Of a stretch of DNA of 59,680 bases, positions 52,852-59,680 are shown piece after piece. This DNA is from a virus (Duplodnaviria > Caudoviricetes), in IMG/VR virus record IMGVR_UViG_3300032011_000009, positions 1 to 59,680 of that record, one strand, 5' to 3'. The notes below the pieces were generated by a model. It had not been told where the DNA came from. It made no database searches and saw only the letters and a list, made by a program, of their open reading frames with translations. Both the position numbers and the translations under genes were made by a program. Numbering within the stretch: the first letter of the stretch is position 1; each line of letters starts with the position of its first letter.

Positions 52852-55686
52852 TTAGAGTAAGAAGTAGACTTGAAGTACATCGTCAGCATCAAGCTTAAGG
52901 TCAGCGTGAAGTTCGACTGAGCCAGTAGCTGTGGTGTAGTCACCAGAGCCAGCGGCAGAGTCGGTGGAATCACCGCGATAAAGCATTTGACCGTTCAAGA
53001 ACACCATTTCGCTACCAGAAACTGGAGTAGCGGGAAGGGTGTAAACACCCGAAGCGGTGGTGTAGCTATGACCGCTGGAACCAATGCATCGTTCCATGGC
53101 AAAGTCAACAGTCAATGCGTTACTAACAACTGCGATACCGTTTCCGCCACAGTTAGAGTTCAGCATAGTACCCTCGACTGCGTTGGCAGCGATTGTCAAA
53201 GCACCAGCATCAGAAGCAGTGGCATCACCACTCATAGCACTGTAGACGTACTTCTTCATACGTGTCAACGTGGACTTGCGGTTAGTACCGCCAGCACCAT
53301 CATCAACGATGAAGAGGTCTGCATCAACAAGGTCAGCACCGATATCGGTAGAACCGTCAATGTCAAGCTTGTCAGCATTGAGTGAGCCGTCAACAACAGA
53401 AGCGTTAACAACTGCGTTTGCAGCCAACTCGTCAGCACCAACAGCGTCATCAGCAAGCATGCTGTTTTCGACAGCGCCTGCAGCGATGGTAAGAGCACCA
53501 CCGTCAGCAACAGTGGCATCGCCAGAAACAACACCAAAGAAGTGATCACGAAGACTGTCAACACCAACTCTCTTGATGGTTCCGTTATCGGAAATCATCA
53601 TTTCATCAGCGTCAGCGATGTCAGCGTGAGCCAACTCTGCTTGACCAGAGATAATATCTTCAGCAAGCATGCCATGCTCAACAGAGGCAGCAGCGATGGT
53701 CACAACACCAGCATTAGTACAAGTTACATCACCGCTAAGAGCGAAAGAACTGTAGTCAGTTCCATCAGCAATCAAGAAGTGAGTAGTGGTAGCAGCCAGA
53801 GAGTCATCAAAGAGAGCAATTTTAGCACCCGTGATAGCATCGGCAGCGATGGTGACAGCACCACCAGCAGCGATAGTAGCATCACCACTTACGTCAGCGA
53901 AAACAGCATCTTGAAGGTTACTAAAAGTAATCTTCTTCTCAGTACCATTATCAGAGAAGATAAAGTGATCCTGAGTTTGGTGAACGCCGGCACTACCGAG
54001 AGCAGCATAGGTATCAATGTCAACACCACCAGCATAAGTCTTAACGTCAGAGAACGGAATGGTTTTCATTACGCCATCGTCGTGAACGACAAGACCATCA
54101 GCATCAGCAATAGTAATACTAGAGCCAACTGCGGTACTGCCATCGAGCAAGTTAAGCTCAGCAGGGATTGAAGTGATTGCTACGGTTGAAGCTGCAGCAA
54201 ATGGCTGCAAGAAACCACTAACGTTTGCAAGCTGAATTGTCTTATCAGCGCCAGTTGGGTCAACCGCTTTAAGGGTTGTCTCGTAGGCATCATCGGTAGC
54301 ACCTTCAAAGATGACACCGTTTGCGGTGTTAACAACTTCAACGTCAACTGTCGTTGTGGTACCGGTAACAATCAAGTTACCCGGAATGGTAACAGTCGAA
54401 GCGGCGCCATTACCTAGGATAACGTCAATTTCATCCTCAACGTCACCATCAGAGATAATAATACCGTTGTTCATTTCGCCATCGTGAGAAGCGACACGCA
54501 ACACCAGCTTACCACCTTCAGTACCGTTAGATGCATCTGCAATCTGACACATCATCTCAGCGTATGTAGTTTGCTCTTGAGCATCGTTATCTCCGCTCCA
54601 AGCAATTATACCAACGATATCATCATCAGCGGCTGCAGCACCCTTGTCTTTCAAAAAGTGAAGACGAGCGCCAAGTCCGTCATTTGTGGTGTTTTTAAGT
54701 TCCAACATTGGATCAAGGGAGTTCGCTGACTCCACCTGTACCGTATCACTGGAAAGGAGCAGTGCTCCGTCAGCGGCGAGCTTCAAGTTACCATCAGAAG
54801 CCTGATGAATATAAGTAGCAGAGTCGCCGAACTGAAGTTGACGTGACGAGTTCAGAAGCAGTGCCGTGTCAGCAACGTGAGTTAGCGTCACATCACTACC
54901 GTCACCGAATGCAAGAACTGCAGCGTCTGACTTGAGTTTGACATCATTGCCAAAGATACCGTCTTTTGCAACACTCAAACCACCATCGGTCTGTAAAGAA
55001 CCGTCAGTAGTAGAAGTGGCATCGGTAGCATCATCAACGATTACGCGACCAGAGGTCGTGAGTTGAGCCATGGCTGAGTTACCGGTTGAGGTGATTGCAC
55101 CGCAACCAACAGTGCCAATAGTGGCAATGTTCTTAGAACCATCCAAGACAACAGCCTTAGAAGCAGCCGCAGTGCCTGCGGTTACACTATCAAGAACACC
55201 CAATTCCGCCGTAGAAATAGTAACAGCGTCAAGTGTCAACGACGTGTCGCCGGTGATGGTGCCGCCGACATTAATTGAGCCGAAAGTTGAAGCACCAGTT
55301 GAGGTGATAGCACCACAACCAACTGTACCGATAGTAGCAATGTTCTTGCTTGCGTCCAAGACAACTGCCTTGGAAGCTGCAGCGGTACCTGCAGTTACAC
55401 TATCCAGTACTCCGATCTCCGCAGTGGTGATCGTCGTGCTGTCGAGGGTTAGGCTAGTGTTTGCCGTTAAAGTACCCTCTACGTTTGTATTGGAATATAG
55501 ATTAATTTTTGAGTTTGCATATGCAAGCGATCCACCATCATAAAATGTTAGTGTACCTGCGCTGTGGATGCTGCCCGATTCCATGCTCATTCCGTCTGTA
55601 TAAACACCCTGTGCGAATTTTGCCAGAGTAGCGGTTGAGCCGGACATAAGTTCCAGTTGCTTTGCATTTACTAATGTTCGTGCCAT
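52852..55686 (-). CDS. Repeat-rich virion protein (fibre/decoration-like)
   Basis: 944 aa, G/A/T/S/D-rich; a duplicated ~55-aa block and four SGD(A/V)T...G..TIAA repeats; GGAGG RBS. Confidence 0.7.
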   Translation of the reverse strand: MARTLVNAKQLELMSGSTATLAKFAQGVYTDGMSMESGSIHSAGTLTFYDGGSLAYANSKINLYSNTNVEGTLTANTSLTLDSTTITTAEIGVLDSVTAGTAAASKAVVLDASKNIATIGTVGCGAITSTGASTFGSINVGGTITGDTSLTLDAVTISTAELGVLDSVTAGTAAASKAVVLDGSKNIATIGTVGCGAITSTGNSAMAQLTTSGRVIVDDATDATSTTDGSLQTDGGLSVAKDGIFGNDVKLKSDAAVLAFGDGSDVTLTHVADTALLLNSSRQLQFGDSATYIHQASDGNLKLAADGALLLSSDTVQVESANSLDPMLELKNTTNDGLGARLHFLKDKGAAAADDDIVGIIAWSGDNDAQEQTTYAEMMCQIADASNGTEGGKLVLRVASHDGEMNNGIIISDGDVEDEIDVILGNGAASTVTIPGNLIVTGTTTTVDVEVVNTANGVIFEGATDDAYETTLKAVDPTGADKTIQLANVSGFLQPFAAASTVAITSIPAELNLLDGSTAVGSSITIADADGLVVHDDGVMKTIPFSDVKTYAGGVDIDTYAALGSAGVHQTQDHFIFSDNGTEKKITFSNLQDAVFADVSGDATIAAGGAVTIAADAITGAKIALFDDSLAATTTHFLIADGTDYSSFALSGDVTCTNAGVVTIAAASVEHGMLAEDIISGQAELAHADIADADEMMISDNGTIKRVGVDSLRDHFFGVVSGDATVADGGALTIAAGAVENSMLADDAVGADELAANAVVNASVVDGSLNADKLDIDGSTDIGADLVDADLFIVDDGAGGTNRKSTLTRMKKYVYSAMSGDATASDAGALTIAANAVEGTMLNSNCGGNGIAVVSNALTVDFAMERCIGSSGHSYTTASGVYTLPATPVSGSEMVFLNGQMLYRGDSTDSAAGSGDYTTATGSVELHADLKLDADDVLQVYFLL

Positions 55687-55781
55687 TCATTTTACCTCCA
55701 TAGTTAATAAAAAAGCACCATAAAAACTTGTTTTATGGGTGTCTTACCGTCTATCGAAGACGCTTATATGCAGCAACACGA

Positions 55782-56216
55782 TTACGAGTCGGAGCTAGGC
55801 TCTTCCTCGCGGACGAAACTACCCTGCTCCTCCTCCCCAGTGGGGAAGTTGAGAGCGTAATCGACAGTGGGTTCGACATTATAAGTAGTCCGAAGGTCTG
55901 CGATTTGTCGCTGCACTTGCTCATTTAATGCATTATTTACTTTAAAGAATTCCACCTTCTCTTTTTCGTGCCGGATGAGCATTTCTCCGCCAAATCCCTT
56001 AAGCAGCTTAATTGATTCCATTGTTTCATTCAAAGGCAGAAGGTCTTCCTTATTAATGGGAATTACCGAATCAGTACAAAATTCAGGTTCTGAAGGTTCC
56101 TCCTCTTGTACCTCAACCGAGGTAGGCTCCGGAGCCTCTGCTTCTTTCTCTGGCTCGATGTATTCCTCTGGGGTTTCCAAAGCGGTTTTAATTTTATTCC
56201 ATGATTTTTTCCACAT
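55782..56216 (-). CDS. Hypothetical protein
   Basis: 144 aa; AGGAG RBS; variant motif ACCACTTA upstream. Confidence 0.7.
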   Translation of the reverse strand: MWKKSWNKIKTALETPEEYIEPEKEAEAPEPTSVEVQEEEPSEPEFCTDSVIPINKEDLLPLNETMESIKLLKGFGGEMLIRHEKEKVEFFKVNNALNEQVQRQIADLRTTYNVEPTVDYALNFPTGEEEQGSFVREEEPSSDS

Positions 56217-56248
56217 AATATACTCCTGTTGTAAGTGGTGTGTTGTGA

Positions 56249-57517
56249 TTACGAGTTCTTAACATAGCTAGCAACCAGTCTATCGTTCTCTTCTGGAGCG
56301 GTATCTAGCGTAATCGTGTTGCTGCTAATTGTATAGTCGGCACTTTCGCCGGCAGTAAGAACTAGTCCGTTATGAATCAAAGTGACCGTGCCGGCACGGG
56401 GATTGCTTGTTAACGTGAAAGTTTTGTTTGTTCCGTTTAACGTACCGTTGACTTCTTGCTGAGTTATAAAGTCTTCATGCTTAATGACATCATCTCCAGA
56501 AACTCCGCCGCCACCGCCGCCGCCGCTGGTAGTGTGTACCTTGCCGAAATGAACCTGCCCTGCCATCATTTGCCTCACAGAGCGCAACGAATCGGCGCTA
56601 GAAAATCTCATCCACTGATCCGGTACCGTGCCAGCGCCTTCGAGCATAACGCTTTCTCTTGGCATAACGATTGATACTGCATTTTCGCGTATTGTCAGTT
56701 TGGGTCTGGCATCGTTTGCTCCGCCGCCAATAAGATAGCCTTCAAGTTTAATCGTTACATCTGTTCTCAGTACCCGATCTTCTTCCTCAAGCGTTGCCAA
56801 GTTATTGTTGAACGAGAAGTCCTCAACCTTTGCATCAAAAGTATGTGTTTCATGCCGACAACGGAACCAGCTATGGTTACCAACGTTGCTGTGTATGCCT
56901 TGCAGAATCTCATTCATTTGCGTATGGAAGTCGGTCTGAATTGAAAGTTTATATTCTGCCACCACACGTATCGGCATCGGCATCGAAATAGTCTCATACA
57001 CAATTCTACCATCCTGTTTGCTAGTGTATTGTACGAGAGCACCCCTATTTGGTTTAGTGTCGCCATCGTAATCGCCACCGGACCACTTCATTTTTTGGGC
57101 TGCAGTTCTAAATGCTGAAGTCTTGTCCTGCTTGATGCGGCGAGCGACAACAATAGAGCCGCCCTGAGGATCAAACTTGCTATGTGAAGACTGTAGGTTT
57201 GCCGGCATTGTGCCCATTCGTGCCGGGTCTTTCGTAATCGAAACTCTGTCAAGCGCCATCATTGGCAGGATCAGCATGCCGCCGCTATCGCGCAAGTCTT
57301 TGTTCGCCTTGATCTGGTGAGCCCTTTCTCCGCCAACCCAGATTAAAGGCACCTTTTTCCAGCCCTTGCTGGTGTTGGTGTGCAAATCGCATATGTCGTT
57401 AAGCCAGTTGAAAATAGCATAGTCAAGCGTCTCCGGAGAAGACGCAGCAAACTCCAACTCTTTCAACTTTCCTAGTTTTTCAAAGGTTAATTTATCTGAG
57501 TAATGATCACTCGCCAT
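56249..57517 (-). CDS. Putative tail-completion/terminator protein with an appended C-terminal beta module
   Basis: Position after the neck genes; VPLIWVGGERA, LPMMAL.R and ET.SMP.P..V..EY; Gly8 linker then a beta-rich domain. Confidence 0.6.
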   Translation of the reverse strand: MASDHYSDKLTFEKLGKLKELEFAASSPETLDYAIFNWLNDICDLHTNTSKGWKKVPLIWVGGERAHQIKANKDLRDSGGMLILPMMALDRVSITKDPARMGTMPANLQSSHSKFDPQGGSIVVARRIKQDKTSAFRTAAQKMKWSGGDYDGDTKPNRGALVQYTSKQDGRIVYETISMPMPIRVVAEYKLSIQTDFHTQMNEILQGIHSNVGNHSWFRCRHETHTFDAKVEDFSFNNNLATLEEEDRVLRTDVTIKLEGYLIGGGANDARPKLTIRENAVSIVMPRESVMLEGAGTVPDQWMRFSSADSLRSVRQMMAGQVHFGKVHTTSGGGGGGGVSGDDVIKHEDFITQQEVNGTLNGTNKTFTLTSNPRAGTVTLIHNGLVLTAGESADYTISSNTITLDTAPEENDRLVASYVKNS

Positions 57518-58004
57518 CGAACACGTCCCTCCTTACCTTCACGCACTTAGCGCTGATTTCCATCATATGCTCAATCTGTCCAAAGACCCGGGTAGGCTCA
57601 GACACCTTGACTAGCTGATAAAACTGTGAACCATACCGCAACATGTCGCCTTCGCGAACAAACAAGTCCTGATCTTCGGTCAGACGCCTCTTGTGAAAGT
57701 GTACCGTCATTGTGGTGATCTTATCGATACCCAAGGCATCAGTATAAATAGTCTCCAACCCTTCCCATTCGACCAACGCCTTTACACGAACCGGTGGTAA
57801 ATAGGTTTTGTCTATTGCCTCACCATACAGTGGATGATAGTTGGTATGTTCAATGTCAAGGGGAAAGTATAAAACTTCCTGCCCAATGACCCTCTCAATA
57901 AGTTCATCATTAACCTGTTTGACCAGATCGCGCTCTTTCTGCCCGGTAAATAGTGGGCTTGGCGGTTGTTCTGGCTGCTTCCATTTATCTTTAGGATCCG
58001 ACAT
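57507..58004 (-). CDS. Neck / head-completion protein (gp14-like)
   Basis: ELIERVIGQEVLYF, HPLYGEA and VREGD; lies between the neck and terminator genes. Confidence 0.7.
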   Translation of the reverse strand: MSDPKDKWKQPEQPPSPLFTGQKERDLVKQVNDELIERVIGQEVLYFPLDIEHTNYHPLYGEAIDKTYLPPVRVKALVEWEGLETIYTDALGIDKITTMTVHFHKRRLTEDQDLFVREGDMLRYGSQFYQLVKVSEPTRVFGQIEHMMEISAKCVKVRRDVFDGE

Positions 58005-58013
58005 AGCTTACTC

Positions 58014-59303
58014 CTAAAATACGAAGATCGACAATGGGATCTTCGCCTGAATCTTATTAACTTGATCCACCTTGTCGGCATCGCCTTCCATCAACTTGTT
58101 GTAAGTCAACTCATCGAGCAGTTCTTTGAGTTCTGTCCTCAGTGCTTCCTGTTCTTCCTTACCTTGCGACAACAAAGCTTCGCCATTAAGCGTAACTGAC
58201 TCTCCCGGGATAGGAATCTGAGCGAACTTGCTTCTTACTTGCCCCAGAGTCTCTTTGCAGAGCGCCAAGGCGAATCTGCGAATCCACTGCTTACCAATTG
58301 AGTTGATACTCTTGTAGGGTACGTTCTGAAACGGCACATTATTAAGGTTATTCACACCATCAATGCCAATATCGGCAGAGCCGCTAGTTTCCCATGGCTC
58401 GGTCGGGATGGTGAACTGGATCCAAAAGTATTTTGGGCTTGAACTGACTGGCTTCGGGAAAAGCCTAAGCTGATTGTTCTTGAGTTCAAATGAGTAGTGT
58501 GAGTTTCTGGTATAAATGGAGTCTTCAAATGCCATTGACTGCGCTTTGTTCTGCCATGCCGGAATAACCTCAAAAGTCGAGTCGTCTGAGTACTGTCCGT
58601 AGTTCGACAAGTTGCCGACCGTGTTCAAGCCACCGTAGTAGCCATAGAATCGCCACATTGCGTGCGGTGTTCTGTAAAAAACCTTTCTAACTGTCAGATG
58701 CTTCTGTCCGACCAAGCCGGCGAAGTTAACCGTGTTACCGGCAGCGTCCTCGCCTGAGTCTGAAGCATCCTGAATGATAGAATCTAAGTCATAATCTTGC
58801 TGATTCGTCACTGTCCTGAATGAGCAGGAATATTCGGTGGTGTTACCGCCTACGCCTGCATCGCCAGCCATACCTTCGGCAACGCGACGGGCATATGCGA
58901 ACTCGAATCGAGGATACTTCATTGAAATGCCGCCGGCACCGCTCAGGCTGGAGGAAAGCTCTCCTGCTTTGAGTTCACCGTCGTGATCAAACGTCCCAGT
59001 CATAGAGCCAAGGTAGTCAGAAAGAGTATTCTTGGCTTGATGAGAATTAATAATGTATGAATATTCTAATACCGACTCTTCATACGCGGCATACACATTT
59101 CCCGTTGTCAATTCGATGTCTAATACATCACCACCTAACTTTTTGTAGACGTACGCAACCTGATCAGAGGCTCCGGACACAAAATCAGTGGAATCTGAAT
59201 AGATGCCATATGGTAAAGCGGAAGTTACGTCACCGGTTGATCCTGTAGACGTTAATATTACTTTGCTTAAATTGCTTTTGGGTGTTAATTCTGGGTGGCT
59301 CAT
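58014..59303 (-). CDS. Neck protein (gp13-like head-tail adaptor)
   Basis: KLGGDVLDIEL, WIRRFALALCKETLGQVRSKF and IP...VTLNG..L. Confidence 0.8.
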   Translation of the reverse strand: MSHPELTPKSNLSKVILTSTGSTGDVTSALPYGIYSDSTDFVSGASDQVAYVYKKLGGDVLDIELTTGNVYAAYEESVLEYSYIINSHQAKNTLSDYLGSMTGTFDHDGELKAGELSSSLSGAGGISMKYPRFEFAYARRVAEGMAGDAGVGGNTTEYSCSFRTVTNQQDYDLDSIIQDASDSGEDAAGNTVNFAGLVGQKHLTVRKVFYRTPHAMWRFYGYYGGLNTVGNLSNYGQYSDDSTFEVIPAWQNKAQSMAFEDSIYTRNSHYSFELKNNQLRLFPKPVSSSPKYFWIQFTIPTEPWETSGSADIGIDGVNNLNNVPFQNVPYKSINSIGKQWIRRFALALCKETLGQVRSKFAQIPIPGESVTLNGEALLSQGKEEQEALRTELKELLDELTYNKLMEGDADKVDQVNKIQAKIPLSIFVF

Positions 59304-59323
59304 TCATTATATCCTCCGTAACG

Positions 59324-59331
59324 TAATTAGT
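59324..59331 (-). promoter_or_regulatory. Putative late-promoter motif ACTAATTA
   Basis: Just downstream of a terminator and upstream of the GGAGG RBS of the neck gene. Confidence 0.65.
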
Positions 59332-59336
59332 TTCTC

Positions 59337-59370
59337 AAAAAGGAAAACCCCGCCCCATAAAGGGACGGGG
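59337..59370 (-). terminator. Intrinsic terminator
   Basis: Minus strand CCCCGTCCC-TTTAT-GGGGCGGGG followed by TTTTCCTTTT. Confidence 0.75.
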
Positions 59371-59405
59371 AAAGATTTAAATCTTATTGTGGGTCTAGAC
59401 TCCTA

Positions 59406-59680
59406 TTAGGAAGTTGTAACAGATCCGTCAATCTGGGCATTTCCGAAGAAATACCAAGAAGTGCCGTCACTGTACAATTCAATCCACATGCCTTTCTTAG
59501 CAGTAGTTCCAATGATAACATTGGCAACTCCAGTGGCGCCAGAAGAGCCGGGAGCATCGTCGCCTGTGTCAACTTCAGACTCGCTGACGTTACCGAACAT
59601 AATCGCCGAACCAGCAGCAATCGTAATTGCACCAGTAGGCGTGTCCTCGGTTACCATACAACGGTAGTGAAGTCCAGCAG
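59406..59680 (-). CDS. Virion-type beta protein (partial, 5' end outside the window)
   Basis: The frame is open to the right edge; C-terminal G.WIELYSDGTSWY motif. Confidence 0.65.
   Translation of the reverse strand, partial: AGLHYRCMVTEDTPTGAITIAAGSAIMFGNVSESEVDTGDDAPGSSGATGVANVIIGTTAKKGMWIELYSDGTSWYFFGNAQIDGSVTTS

Noticed and set aside
63-59667. Plus-strand ORFs in the track (for example 31614..32099, 44037..44705, 45042..45656, 53542..54171)
   Set aside because: They are antisense shadows of well-supported minus-strand genes, with no recognisable motifs or RBS.
1-59680. Bacterial chromosome origin (groEL, dnaE, recA, guaB, clpP) and tRNA genes
   Set aside because: The housekeeping-like genes are divergent and interleaved with phage tail, SSB and helicase genes on a single strand. 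No tRNA cloverleaf was recognised in the short intergenic gaps.

Overview
This window is a 59.7-kb segment of a large, probably jumbo, myovirus genome, and essentially every credible gene is on the minus strand. Read in transcription order (right to left) it carries a T4-like neck/tail module (neck proteins, a 944-aa repeat-rich fibre or decoration protein, sheath, tube, tail-assembly chaperone with a probable frameshift, tape measure, baseplate), then a replication/recombination block (minimal family-A polymerase, divergent tubulin/FtsZ, gp32-like SSB, two adenine MTases, RecA, 5'-3' exonuclease, DnaB-like helicase, class II RNR, DnaE, dUTPase). It ends with accessory genes: GroEL/GroES, two ClpP paralogues, IMPDH/GMPR, PMI and PMM, a c-type cytochrome and an amidase endolysin. 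Two promoter classes are visible: sigma70-like TTGACN-N16/17-TAnnnT sites, several embedded in upstream genes, and a phage-specific ACTANTTA motif in front of structural genes and of scattered orphan genes, several of which share an N-terminal W-x-x-(F/H/T)-L-x-E-like motif. The most unusual non-coding signal is five copies of a compact H-type pseudoknot-like element with compensatory stem changes, just downstream of the SSB gene. Two genes are missing from the ORF track: a >639-aa ORF running off the left edge (a paralogue of the 791-aa protein) and a 39-aa lipoprotein. All assignments come from motif recognition by eye; no database searches were run.
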